A DNA stretch of 57,318 nt from a virus (taxonomy: Duplodnaviria; Caudoviricetes). Shown one piece after another: positions 1-10,370 of the stretch. The number at the start of each line of letters is the position of its first letter. Within the stretch, counting starts at the first letter, position 1. The stretch covers positions 1 through 57,318 of IMG/VR virus record IMGVR_UViG_3300020182_000041; one strand, written 5' to 3'. The translations under genes were made by a program, and so were the position numbers. Below the pieces are notes generated by a model, which was not told the origin of the DNA, made no database searches, and saw only the letters and a program-made list of their open reading frames with translations.

Positions 1-2
1 TT

Positions 3-173
3 TTTGGAACAAGCGCTTTAGCCGCAAATGTAAAAGCTGAAATAACGCAAATAGCCGCGCCTTATGAAACAGTGTATGCTGATGTAGCAAGAAGTGGATC
101 AGGAACAATATCTTTTGCTTTCACAGGGAGTGTTGCAAGCGATGTTTACGCTGCGCTACTTGTTTACGTATAA
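3..173 (+). CDS. 3' end of a partial gene, probably a virion/tail protein
   Basis: Open frame from the window edge (FGTSALAANVK...YETVYADVAR...ALLVYV) to TAA at 171-173, upstream of tail fibre genes. Confidence 0.6.
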   Translation, partial: FGTSALAANVKAEITQIAAPYETVYADVARSGSGTISFAFTGSVASDVYAALLVYV

Positions 174-190
174 CCTAATACTTATAATGC

Positions 191-2413
191 ATGGCATTAA
201 GATTTTTAAATAGTGGATATTTCGCCGGCAAGGTAGGTATTGGAATAGAAACACCAACTGCACCATTGGATGTGTTTGGTGTTAGAGCAGGTAGAGATTG
301 GGCTATCAATAATAGAGCTGTTATAAGATTAGACTCTAACGGAACTAACATACCTTCAGATATATTATTTGGACATACTGCCGCAGCAAATCAAACAAGC
401 TGGACAGGCGCATACTGGTCACTAAGTTCAAGGGGATCGATTGCTAATAACAAATTTTATTTTTATAGAGCAAGTGGAAATCCAACAGGAGGAAGCGAGC
501 AAGTGCTTATGACCTTTGACCCTAACTTAAAAGTTGGGATCGGGACGGAGAGTCCTTCACAAAAACTACACGTAGACGGTAATATTAGAGTTGGTGATTC
601 CGCTGATGTTATATTTAGTAACAATCTATACGGACTGTCAGCAGGAAATTTAACTATATCTACTTCAGGTGATACATTATTAACACAGACAGGCGACGTC
701 GGGATTAACACTACTTCACCTGATTTCAAATTAGACGTAGACGGAACATTTGGTGTTTCTGATTTACCATTTAATACAGACTCGGTTTCTGTATTAGTAG
801 CAGATGAAACTATAGGTGCAGATTTAGTAACAAATGGTGATTTCGCAACTAATACTAATTGGACAGAGCAAGGCGGCGCTGCTGCTTGGAGTATAGCTAA
901 CGGAAAAGCTAATTGTGTAGTAAATTCTATAATTAGGTATTTTGAACAAGGCAACGTTCTACCATCATCAGGTCCAGGAAACACTTACAAAATTGTTTAT
1001 ACTATATCTGGAATTACACAGGGTGGATTTGCAATAAATGTAGGAGGATATGGATCAACCCCAGTAAGAACTACTAATGGTACATATGCTGAAACATTTA
1101 CTATAACTTACGCTTCATCCAATAATAGAATATATTTACAATCTTCTCCAAATACTATTGGTAGTATAGATAATATATCAGTACAACTAGTAACCTCTGC
1201 AAGTAATCAAATACAAAAAAGAGAATTAGGTACTGGTGCGTTTGGACCAACACCCGTGGGAGCTTACTTACCACTAGCTGGTGGAACAATGACTGGAACT
1301 GCTGGAGTTTTAATGCCAGATGATTTTAAGCTAAAGTTTGGAGATGCTACAACGCCAGATCTTGAAATATATCATGATGGTAGTCATAGTAGAATTTCAG
1401 ATGCTGGTACAGGACATTTAGTTATAAATGCTACTGATTTTGTTGTAAACAACTCTGCTGATACAAAAAATATGATTATTGCATCCGATGGTGGTTCAGT
1501 AAATCTTTACTATAATGCTTCACAGAAATTCAGGACCATAAGTGCAGGTGTCGAGGTAACAGGTAATATTGATTTGCCAAGTAACGGAGCAATATTATTT
1601 GACAATACGAATAATACCGAGCAATATTATATAAGAAATGGTGGTGGCTCTCAGTCAAGTTTTCAAGTAGGTAAAGGTAGTCCAGGTTCAGATATTAAAC
1701 TTATTATAGACGACGGAGGCAACTTAGGTATAGGGACGACTAGTCCTACAGCTAAACTACAAGTAGGGGGAGGTACAAGTAATCAGCAATCTCCCATTTC
1801 TTCTTTAAGTGGTTCATTCCAAGGATTATTAAGCACTTTATCCTTGGTTAATCAAACAGCTAATTTGGTCACTAATGGTGGTGTTGCTTTAGATTTTCAT
1901 TTAAATAGTGGATATTCGCCAACTGGTAGAATCACAACAAGAACTGAAAATGTGTCAAGTCCGACTGCTTCATATATGCAGTTTTTTACATATCTAAGTG
2001 GTCTAAACGAAAGAATGCGCATTACCTCCACAGGTAACGTAGGTATTGGAACTACTAGTCCTGGTCAAAAGCTTGATGTTAATGGTAATATAAAAATACA
2101 AGCAGCTTTACTTTCAAACCAATCAAACACAAATGTAGATACAGGTGCTGAAGTAGTTGCTCAGGTTTCTACATCAACATACACAGCGGCATTCTTTGAC
2201 TTTGTTATCAAGAAGGTTGGAAATATAAGATCAGGTACAGTTTATGCTTGCCACGATGGAACAAACGTAGAGTTTACAGAAACATCGACCAATGACTTAG
2301 GTGACACGTCAGATGTTACGCTAAGCGTAGATAAATCAGGTACAAACCTAAGACTTATAGCAACAGTAACTTCAGATGACTGGATAATTAAATCATTAAT
2401 AAGAGCAATATAA
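191..2413 (+). CDS. Modular tail fibre-like protein (740 aa)
   Basis: Repeated G(N/K)VGIGTxxP motifs, YLPLAGGTMTG motif, DLEIYHDG module, internal carbohydrate-binding-like domain (LVTNGDF...GSIDNISVQ). Confidence 0.8.
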   Translation: MALRFLNSGYFAGKVGIGIETPTAPLDVFGVRAGRDWAINNRAVIRLDSNGTNIPSDILFGHTAAANQTSWTGAYWSLSSRGSIANNKFYFYRASGNPTGGSEQVLMTFDPNLKVGIGTESPSQKLHVDGNIRVGDSADVIFSNNLYGLSAGNLTISTSGDTLLTQTGDVGINTTSPDFKLDVDGTFGVSDLPFNTDSVSVLVADETIGADLVTNGDFATNTNWTEQGGAAAWSIANGKANCVVNSIIRYFEQGNVLPSSGPGNTYKIVYTISGITQGGFAINVGGYGSTPVRTTNGTYAETFTITYASSNNRIYLQSSPNTIGSIDNISVQLVTSASNQIQKRELGTGAFGPTPVGAYLPLAGGTMTGTAGVLMPDDFKLKFGDATTPDLEIYHDGSHSRISDAGTGHLVINATDFVVNNSADTKNMIIASDGGSVNLYYNASQKFRTISAGVEVTGNIDLPSNGAILFDNTNNTEQYYIRNGGGSQSSFQVGKGSPGSDIKLIIDDGGNLGIGTTSPTAKLQVGGGTSNQQSPISSLSGSFQGLLSTLSLVNQTANLVTNGGVALDFHLNSGYSPTGRITTRTENVSSPTASYMQFFTYLSGLNERMRITSTGNVGIGTTSPGQKLDVNGNIKIQAALLSNQSNTNVDTGAEVVAQVSTSTYTAAFFDFVIKKVGNIRSGTVYACHDGTNVEFTETSTNDLGDTSDVTLSVDKSGTNLRLIATVTSDDWIIKSLIRAI

Positions 2414-3084
2414 TGGGATTTTATAGAGGACCAAATATAGTAACAGATGGATTAGTGTTTGCAGTAGACGCTGGAAGTGAAAGAAGTTATCCAGGATCAG
2501 GAACTACGGCTACTGACTTAGCGGGTGCAAATACTGTAGCTTTAGTTAACGGTGTTAGCTACAATCCAAATCAAGGAGGTAAGTGGGGTTTTGATGGAAT
2601 TGATGATCAGATAGTATTAAACTCTGGAACTGCACTTGTATTAAATGATTTTACAATAACTCAATGGATACAATTTCCAGCTACATCTTCAAGAATGTCT
2701 ATAGGAGGCGGTTTGTATACTGGGGGAAACTCTTATAAGGGGTATATTTGGTATAGATCTGCACAAAATGAAATTAGAGTGACAATGGACGGCGAAACAG
2801 GCGCTATCTTTACTGTATCTGAAAGTGTTTATTGTGACAAATGGTCTCAAATTACAGCAACAAGAAGTGGTGGTACTTATAAATTATATATAGATGGGGA
2901 GCAAGTAGATATTACAAGAACAGCTTCAACTAATGATTTTTCTATAAGAACTATTGGTTGGAGTTACAGTAATAGCTATGCGTTTGCAGGAAGCATATCA
3001 AATACTTTAATTTATAACACAGCTTTAATAGATACCCAAGTAGCACAAAACTATAACGCACAAAAATCAAGATTCGGATTATGA
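2413..3084 (+). CDS. LamG/concanavalin A-like lectin domain virion protein, paralogue 1
   Basis: IVTDGLVFAVDAG N-terminus, FDGxDD, LYIDG, IYNTAL...VAQNYNA C-terminus. Confidence 0.8.
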   Translation: MGFYRGPNIVTDGLVFAVDAGSERSYPGSGTTATDLAGANTVALVNGVSYNPNQGGKWGFDGIDDQIVLNSGTALVLNDFTITQWIQFPATSSRMSIGGGLYTGGNSYKGYIWYRSAQNEIRVTMDGETGAIFTVSESVYCDKWSQITATRSGGTYKLYIDGEQVDITRTASTNDFSIRTIGWSYSNSYAFAGSISNTLIYNTALIDTQVAQNYNAQKSRFGL

Positions 3085-3323
3085 TAACATACATTACAAT
3101 AAATATGTCTGAAATAGCATTGGTTGATTTCAATCAAGTTATGGAAACATCAGAAGAAACAGTTAGACTATCAGTTGATGGTCTACAAACAGTATTAAAA
3201 TGGGAAGGTGCAGAGCCTTCATTTGTATCAACATTAAGTTCATACGAAGGACCTTACACTCACGAAGAGATATTAGCAATAATGGCTACTCCAGAATGGA
3301 CTGATCCTAATCCACCAGAATAA
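3081..3323 (+). CDS. Small acidic phage protein in the tail cluster
   Basis: 80 aa, ATGA overlap with upstream gene, ends YTHEEILAIMATPEW. Confidence 0.7.
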   Translation: MITYITINMSEIALVDFNQVMETSEETVRLSVDGLQTVLKWEGAEPSFVSTLSSYEGPYTHEEILAIMATPEWTDPNPPE

Positions 3324-3324
3324 T

Positions 3325-4041
3325 ATGGGAGCATACGGAGGACCAGATATAATAACAGATGGATTAGTATCTGCATACGATGCCGCTAGCGTAAGAAGCT
3401 ACTCTGGTACTGGAATAGCTTGGAACGACTTAAGTGGAGACAACAACGATGCAACTTTATATAATGGTGTAGTTTATACTACAGCTAATTACGGTACTAT
3501 GGAATTTGACGGATCTGATGATTATATGCAAGCTGACGTAAGCACAACATCTCTTGATGGAGATCCAAGTTTTACCGCAGATATGTTTGTAAAAAGAAGA
3601 ACTGGCACAAACGTTGGCGCAGGTAATGGATTTTGGGGAATAGGTGGTGTAGGACAAGGTAATGGAATATCAGGCTGGACACCCACTCAAAATCTTATAA
3701 ATTTAGATGTGTATGATTCTACTAGACTAGCAACTTCAGTAACTTATCCAGAAAACGAATGGATTCATTTAGTCTGGACTAAAAATGGTCCAGGTACAGA
3801 AACAACAAATGTTAAATGTTATATAAACGGAGTTGAAACTTCTTTAACTAAAACCAGAAGTGCTACAAGAGCAAATCAATTTAACACTAGTACAACCGGC
3901 GTGTGTTTAGGAAGAATTTCTGCTAATGCTAGCAACTTCTATTCACCTATAAATATTGCTACATATAAAATTTACAATAGAGCATTAACCGCTGCAGAAG
4001 TATTACAAAACTATAACGCACTAAAAAACAGATTTATATAA
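3325..4041 (+). CDS. LamG-like lectin domain virion protein, paralogue 2
   Basis: Same termini as 2413..3084; FDGSDDY, WIHLVWT, YINGV, IYNRALT. Confidence 0.8.
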   Translation: MGAYGGPDIITDGLVSAYDAASVRSYSGTGIAWNDLSGDNNDATLYNGVVYTTANYGTMEFDGSDDYMQADVSTTSLDGDPSFTADMFVKRRTGTNVGAGNGFWGIGGVGQGNGISGWTPTQNLINLDVYDSTRLATSVTYPENEWIHLVWTKNGPGTETTNVKCYINGVETSLTKTRSATRANQFNTSTTGVCLGRISANASNFYSPINIATYKIYNRALTAAEVLQNYNALKNRFI

Positions 4042-4748
4042 TGTACACAGGACCTCACATAGTAACAGACGGATTAATATTTGGAATTGATGCAGCAAGT
4101 GAAAGATCTTATCCGGGTAGTGGAACTAATTGGGTTGATATAGTTGGTGATAGTAACTGTGCTTTAGTGAATGGACCTACTTTTGATTCTGGAAATGGTG
4201 GTTCAATAGTACTTGATGGACTTGACGATTACGTGTTAAGATCAACTACACCAACAGAGTTACAAGGAGATCCCAGTTTTACCATATCAATGTGGGTAAA
4301 AAGGTTGTCAAATGGGGCTAATTATGCAGGGATATGGGGTTTTGGCGGTAATGCTACAAATGGAGGTATAAATTCCTGGTGGTTTCAAAACGTAAATGAA
4401 ATCACAATAGATACTTGGAGTAGAGCTACATTCACTTCTGGGCAAACATATCCTTTAAACGAATGGGTGTTTGTCACCTGGCAAAAAACAGCAGGTGCAA
4501 TGACTCGAGCGAATTGTACAATATGGAAAAATACTACAAGCTATACAGGAAATGACTTAACAGTATTGAGAGCAGAAAGCACAGCTCCTAATATCAATAA
4601 TAGCGGAATAGTACTCGGGACAATACATTCCACCTATACCCCTGTAGTAAATTTTCAATACGCAAATACTCTAATATACAATAGAGTACTTACTGCATCA
4701 GAAGTAATACAAAATTATAACGCACAAAAATCCAGGTTTGGATTATAG
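4041..4748 (+). CDS. LamG-like lectin domain virion protein, paralogue 3
   Basis: Same termini; shares GDPSFT and TYPxNEW with paralogue 2. Confidence 0.8.
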   Translation: MYTGPHIVTDGLIFGIDAASERSYPGSGTNWVDIVGDSNCALVNGPTFDSGNGGSIVLDGLDDYVLRSTTPTELQGDPSFTISMWVKRLSNGANYAGIWGFGGNATNGGINSWWFQNVNEITIDTWSRATFTSGQTYPLNEWVFVTWQKTAGAMTRANCTIWKNTTSYTGNDLTVLRAESTAPNINNSGIVLGTIHSTYTPVVNFQYANTLIYNRVLTASEVIQNYNAQKSRFGL

Positions 4749-4783
4749 AATAACAACTTTTTGGATATTGAAAAAAAGATAAT

Positions 4784-7700
4784 ATGGCAAACGAATTTAA
4801 AATAAAGAAAGGTCTAATTGTAACAGGCGCATCAGGTGGAACTGTTGTAGATATACAGGGTTCACAAGGGCAACTGTTTTCAGTAACCGATGATTTAAGC
4901 GGATCTATATTCGCTGTGTCAGATATATCTGGTGTACCGATACTGGATGTCAACTCAAGTGGTCTTTCTACTTTTGACGGTGACGTTAATTTACCAGATA
5001 ATAAAAAAATACTATTAGGTACAGGAAATGATCTTGAAATATACCACGATGCAAGTCATAGTTATATAAAAGATATAGGAGTAGGAGATTTAAAAATATC
5101 ATCTAACACCGTAAGAATAGAATCTAATGCTGCTGAAAATATGATTATTGCTATCGCTAATGGTGGTGTTTCTTCATATTATAATAATGTTAAAAAGTTT
5201 GAAACCACAAGCACAGGCGTTAATGTAACAGGTGGCGCAACAATAACAGGCACTAATACATTTTTAATAGAATCAAATTCTACAGCTGCAACATTTAATT
5301 TAAACAGTACAGTTAGAGGGTTTGATTTCATAAACAATAACGCAACTTTACTAAGTATTGACAATGACGGAAATGGAACTTTTGCTGATCAAGCATTTGC
5401 AACAACAGCCACATCTTCTGGAGACGCATCATCAACACTAACAACAAAAGGTTATGTAGACGGCTTAATTACTGGGGCTACAATATATAGAGGTGCTTGG
5501 GATCCAAGTGGTGGTGGATATGGTTCACCTGATTTAAGTGGTGTAACTCAAACATCTGGTTACTATTATATCTGTAGCGCCGCTGGTACTGCTGAGCCTA
5601 ATGGTACAGGTACTGAGCCTGATACTTGGGCTGTTGGTGACTGGGTTATATATAACGATGTTAGTGGTACTGGTCAATGGCAAAAGATTGATAATTCATC
5701 TGTATTATCAGGTGTAGGTACAGGTCAGACCGTAGCTTTATGGGAAGGTGCTGGTTCTGTTACAGATTCAGAAACTTTAGGTAATGCACCAATAACAGTT
5801 AGTGGTAATGATACAACTTTTGGTGGTAACATAACAACTTCAGGCACTAACGCTACGGTTTTTGCGGATAGATTTTCTGGGCTTGGAGTAGGCGCTGTAA
5901 TAGGACCTAATGGAGCAGGAACAGTTTTTTTAAGACCAAGCGGTGTTGGCTCATCTACAAATCAATCTTCATTTACAACAACTTTAGCAACTATTGGAAC
6001 AGACGCAACTTTTGCAGGGGATGTAGTAATAAACTCAGCAGGTGATGCAACCTCACCTATATTAAGACTTAATAATAGTTCATCAAATACTTTTAATCAC
6101 GCGTTAGAAGCTATTAACGACAACCTTACAGCAGCTCAAACGGAATTATTATTATTTGGTAAAGAAACAAACAATCGTAATTCAGGTTTTATAGGATATA
6201 ACTGGAATGCAGACAACAGTGAGACTAATTATGTAACAATAGGTCATTGGGGTTATAATCATCTTTTAAAAATATACCCTACAGGAACCGCAACTTTTGT
6301 AGGAGCGGTAACATCCCCGACATTCTTAGGTGACCTAAACGGCACAATAAACACAGCAACTACAGGTGTAACACAAACAGCTGGTGATAATTCCACACTA
6401 ATAGCAACAACTGCTTACGCAGATGCAGCAGCAGCAGCGGTGCCTATTGGAAATTACTTACCACTAGCCGGTGGTACGATGACTGGGGTAACCCAATTTA
6501 ATGATCATACTAATTACGGTGATCAGGTTTATGCTAGATTTGGTGCTTCACAAGATCTTCAAATATTTCACAATGGTACTGATTCATTTATTGATAACTA
6601 CACAGGTAGTTTAACAATTAGAAACAGACAAGATGATGGAAATATTGTATTTACTTGTGATGATGGATCTGGCGGTTTGGCTTCATATTTAACTTTAAAC
6701 GGAAACAGCACACACGCTTATTTCACAAATCCAGGCAACGTCGGTATCGGGACTACTAGTCCTAGTTCTAAGTTGAATGTGATAGGCGGCTCTGGTGATG
6801 ATATAATAGCAAAATTTAAAACAACAGGCACGGGTACTGGTGATTATTCGGAAATACATATATTAAATGATAATAATGATGCGCTAAAAATTGGTTCTAT
6901 AGGTAGTAATTACACTAATTCCTCTTGGGCGGGAATGAGATATGTGTATGCTGGTAGCGGAGATTTAGGATTAAAAGCAGTAGCAGGCACTGGTAATGTA
7001 AGAATATACGCAGGTGGGGCAGGTTCAGAAAGAATGCGTATTACAAGTGGTGGAAACGTAGGTATAGGTACTACGAGTCCTGGGTATAAACTATCTGTTA
7101 ATGGTGATATACATATACCTCAAAATGAATATATATATTTTGACAATACAGCTCATTATATAAGAAGAGGATCTAGCGATGTAGAATTGCAAGGTTTTAA
7201 TGGGTTAAATCTACGCACCAATGGATCTTCTAGGTTATACATTAAGCAAGACGGTAACGTCGGGATCGGGACGACTTTGCCTGGAAGTAAGTTAGAGCTT
7301 TATGAAGTATCAGGAGGCGCACCTACTTTATTGACTTTACATCAAAACGCTGTTGATATTGTTGCAGACGACTCTATGGGGTCTTTTATAGATTTTAAAA
7401 GTACAGATATAAATGCTAATTTTACTCCACAAGCAAGAATCGGAATGTTAATTCGAGATTCAAATGGTGATAATGGTGTTATTTCAGAAGGCTGTGGTAA
7501 TTTAGTTTTTCATACATCAAGAGGTACAGATGCAGCAGGAGCAGGAGAGGATGTTGAAAGAATGAGAATTACGGACATTGGAAACGTAGGTATCGGAACA
7601 TCAACACCTAACGCTAAACTTGACGTACAAGGAACACAAGGTCAGTTATTCTCAGTTACAGATGATCTATCTGGTGACATATTCTCAGTTGCTGACATAT

Positions 7701-9529
7701 CTGGTGTACCTATAATGAATGTTAATTCTGATGGAACTTCGTATTTTGATGGTAACGTCGGGATCGGGACGGATAGTCCTGATAATAAATTATTTGTAAC
7801 AGCTAGTACAGCAGGAGATTATGCGGCTTTTATTGAAAATACTAATAGTACAAATGGATATGGTTTACTTGCAAGAACAGCACAAACTGGAACTTCGTCA
7901 TATGCTTTTGCAGCAAGAGCTGGTTCTAGTGATATTTTTGTAGTAAGAGGAGATGGCAACGTCGGGATTGGGACGGCTAGTCCAAATACTAAGTTACACG
8001 TAGCTGGAATAGCTCAAGTAACTGAAAGTGGAAATAGTGCTTTTTATGGAGGTAATTACGTTAGAGTGTTTGGTGATCAAAATTACGGATTTAGAAACAC
8101 TGGCGGTACTTACATAGCAAACATATCAATGAGCGGAAACTCATACTTCAACGGCGGTAACGTAGGTATAGGAACGACTAGTCCTGGTGCTAAATTAGAA
8201 ATTTCTCAAGGCGCAGGAGGAACAGCGCAAAACGTTATTAATTCTGGTGAACAAGCTTTTAGGTTTTCTACTAAAGTAGAAGATACTAGTACTAATACAG
8301 CTGTATTTAGACAAGGCATATATTATAATAATACTGAAAACGCAACAATAGCTTTTTATAGAGGAGGTAGCTCTGTTGGTGGGTTTATGACGTTTCAAAC
8401 ACAAAACGGAAACGAAAGAATGCGTATCGACTCAGTCGGCAACGTAGGTATCGGGACTACTAGTCCTGCAACCAAATTAGAAGTTAATGGCGGAACAGAT
8501 GCTATAGTAACAATAACTGGTACTACAACAGCGGCGAGATTAGATATAAAAACTGACTCATATCATAGATTTCTACAAACAATAGAATCTGACGGTCGCT
8601 TTAGATTATATAACCAAACTACAGCTACAGAACAATTAACAGTAACAAACGCAGGAAACGTAGGGATCGGGACGGCTAGCCCTGACGATATGCTAGAGGT
8701 TTATGGTTCTTCACCAAATATAAGAGTAACTAACACAGCTGAAACAGACGCAGGTATAGTTTTCAACGATGCTCAGGCAGGTACTGGTCAAATGGCAGCT
8801 ATAAAATTTAACTCCAGTGACGAAAAATTAAAGTTCTTTGTGAATGACGAAACCTCGCAAAGAATGGTTATAGATACAGCTGGTAACGTCGGGATCGGAC
8901 CGACTATTAGTCCATCATATTTATTAGATGTTAGAGATGGAACTACGAGTGGTGCAATTGCAAGATTTAGTGCTATTAACGCTCACGTCGTAATTGAGTC
9001 TAGTACAGCTGGGAATGCTGTTCTACACTTAAAACCAAATGCAACAGGTAGTAAATTTGGTCAGTTTAAAGTAACAGCTGGAAATGGTTACGGGTTTAGT
9101 TGGAGTAATGATGCGGCAGGTACGGGTGAAACTACTTATATGGATTTAGACACCAGTAGTACTGGTGGTGGAGATTTGACAGTAAAAGGAGATGTTATAG
9201 CATATGGATCTCCTTCTGATAAAAAATATAAAGAAAACATCAAGCCAATTGAAAGTGCTTTAGGTAAAGCAATGCAGCTTCAAGGTGTTACATTTGATTG
9301 GAAAGATAGTGATAGTATATTAGATATAAAAGAAGATATAGGTTTTATAGCTCAAGATGTTCAAGAAGTGTTGCCAGAACTTGTTAGAGATAGCGGTAAA
9401 GGAAATTTATCTTTAAGGTATCAAGGAATAACACCTATACTTTTAGAAGCTATAAAAGAATTAAAAGCGGAAATAGATTTATTAAAATCAAAACCGTGTA
9501 ATTGTAATAACTGTAATTGTAATATATAA
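4784..9529 (+). CDS. Long tail fibre with C-terminal intramolecular chaperone (peptidase S74-like)
   Basis: About ten GNVGIGTxxP repeats; C-terminal SDKKYKENIKPI...GFIAQDVQEVLPELV...LLEAIKEL motif. Confidence 0.88.
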   Translation: MANEFKIKKGLIVTGASGGTVVDIQGSQGQLFSVTDDLSGSIFAVSDISGVPILDVNSSGLSTFDGDVNLPDNKKILLGTGNDLEIYHDASHSYIKDIGVGDLKISSNTVRIESNAAENMIIAIANGGVSSYYNNVKKFETTSTGVNVTGGATITGTNTFLIESNSTAATFNLNSTVRGFDFINNNATLLSIDNDGNGTFADQAFATTATSSGDASSTLTTKGYVDGLITGATIYRGAWDPSGGGYGSPDLSGVTQTSGYYYICSAAGTAEPNGTGTEPDTWAVGDWVIYNDVSGTGQWQKIDNSSVLSGVGTGQTVALWEGAGSVTDSETLGNAPITVSGNDTTFGGNITTSGTNATVFADRFSGLGVGAVIGPNGAGTVFLRPSGVGSSTNQSSFTTTLATIGTDATFAGDVVINSAGDATSPILRLNNSSSNTFNHALEAINDNLTAAQTELLLFGKETNNRNSGFIGYNWNADNSETNYVTIGHWGYNHLLKIYPTGTATFVGAVTSPTFLGDLNGTINTATTGVTQTAGDNSTLIATTAYADAAAAAVPIGNYLPLAGGTMTGVTQFNDHTNYGDQVYARFGASQDLQIFHNGTDSFIDNYTGSLTIRNRQDDGNIVFTCDDGSGGLASYLTLNGNSTHAYFTNPGNVGIGTTSPSSKLNVIGGSGDDIIAKFKTTGTGTGDYSEIHILNDNNDALKIGSIGSNYTNSSWAGMRYVYAGSGDLGLKAVAGTGNVRIYAGGAGSERMRITSGGNVGIGTTSPGYKLSVNGDIHIPQNEYIYFDNTAHYIRRGSSDVELQGFNGLNLRTNGSSRLYIKQDGNVGIGTTLPGSKLELYEVSGGAPTLLTLHQNAVDIVADDSMGSFIDFKSTDINANFTPQARIGMLIRDSNGDNGVISEGCGNLVFHTSRGTDAAGAGEDVERMRITDIGNVGIGTSTPNAKLDVQGTQGQLFSVTDDLSGDIFSVADISGVPIMNVNSDGTSYFDGNVGIGTDSPDNKLFVTASTAGDYAAFIENTNSTNGYGLLARTAQTGTSSYAFAARAGSSDIFVVRGDGNVGIGTASPNTKLHVAGIAQVTESGNSAFYGGNYVRVFGDQNYGFRNTGGTYIANISMSGNSYFNGGNVGIGTTSPGAKLEISQGAGGTAQNVINSGEQAFRFSTKVEDTSTNTAVFRQGIYYNNTENATIAFYRGGSSVGGFMTFQTQNGNERMRIDSVGNVGIGTTSPATKLEVNGGTDAIVTITGTTTAARLDIKTDSYHRFLQTIESDGRFRLYNQTTATEQLTVTNAGNVGIGTASPDDMLEVYGSSPNIRVTNTAETDAGIVFNDAQAGTGQMAAIKFNSSDEKLKFFVNDETSQRMVIDTAGNVGIGPTISPSYLLDVRDGTTSGAIARFSAINAHVVIESSTAGNAVLHLKPNATGSKFGQFKVTAGNGYGFSWSNDAAGTGETTYMDLDTSSTGGGDLTVKGDVIAYGSPSDKKYKENIKPIESALGKAMQLQGVTFDWKDSDSILDIKEDIGFIAQDVQEVLPELVRDSGKGNLSLRYQGITPILLEAIKELKAEIDLLKSKPCNCNNCNCNI

Positions 9530-9993
9530 TGGCGGTACCAGCATCAGGAGCATTGTCAATGTTAGATATAGCGCAAGAAGCTTTATACGGAACGTGGGGT
9601 TCAGGAACTATAACTGGACCAATATCTATGTACGATATGATAAATGGCGGAAACTCTCACGGTTCTGGTAATTCATACCCTACAGTAAACGATGGATGCA
9701 CACCAAATCCAGTTGATAGAACTTATTTTCAAATTACTTTGACATTAGCTCAAGTAGGTGGTGGAGATGTAACTGTCTTTACGACCAGAAACCCTATTAC
9801 TGGTTTAGTAACAAATGATGTTTTATATGATTATGTAAATGGATCATATACAGCTTGGACGGGTGCTTCGCAAACTTATTCATATTGGATATTTGGTCAA
9901 GGAACATTTTTTGGTTGTACATCAAGTGAGTGTCCTAACATTTCCGTTAGTTCATCTGGAGTAGTAACAACTAATGGGTGTCAATGCCCTTAA
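9529..9993 (+). CDS. Tail-associated virion protein with Cys-containing C-terminal domain
   Basis: MAVPASGALSM N-terminus typical of genes following phage fibres; TAATG coupling. Confidence 0.65.
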   Translation: MAVPASGALSMLDIAQEALYGTWGSGTITGPISMYDMINGGNSHGSGNSYPTVNDGCTPNPVDRTYFQITLTLAQVGGGDVTVFTTRNPITGLVTNDVLYDYVNGSYTAWTGASQTYSYWIFGQGTFFGCTSSECPNISVSSSGVVTTNGCQCP

Positions 9994-10003
9994 AAATTAA
10001 ATT

Positions 10004-10330
10004 ATGCCTATAGCTTATCCATATAGATTTTCCGATTGGTACGGTTACGACAAAGACTGTACAACATTAACATCGTTTAGTTCTGGCTCAGGACAATCAG
10101 ATACTAAATTTATATGTACTCAATCTGTGAATACAACAAAATATCACGACGGTAGCGGTAATAACCCAACTACAGGGGATACTGTTTATGATAATTCCAC
10201 AGGAACAACAACAACTGGAAACGGTTTTTACACAATTCAAAACGGAGCGTCGCCTCCAGCAACAATTGGGTATTACAGAATAACAGGCGGAAGCGGAGTA
10301 GTTGCTTCTTTAGGATTATGCTTTCCATAA
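10004..10330 (+). CDS. Small Thr/Gly-rich virion protein
   Basis: FSDWYGYD motif, then YH...GDTVY...GFY...SGVV..C small beta domain. Confidence 0.65.
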   Translation: MPIAYPYRFSDWYGYDKDCTTLTSFSSGSGQSDTKFICTQSVNTTKYHDGSGNNPTTGDTVYDNSTGTTTTGNGFYTIQNGASPPATIGYYRITGGSGVVASLGLCFP

Positions 10331-10370
10331 CAAATAAACAAATAAATAAATAAATCTTTAAAATTAAAAA

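Noticed and set aside
191-9529. Diversity-generating retroelement or invertase shufflon acting on tail fibres
   Set aside because: No reverse transcriptase or site-specific recombinase in the window, no TR/VR pair differing only at adenines, and all repeats are direct
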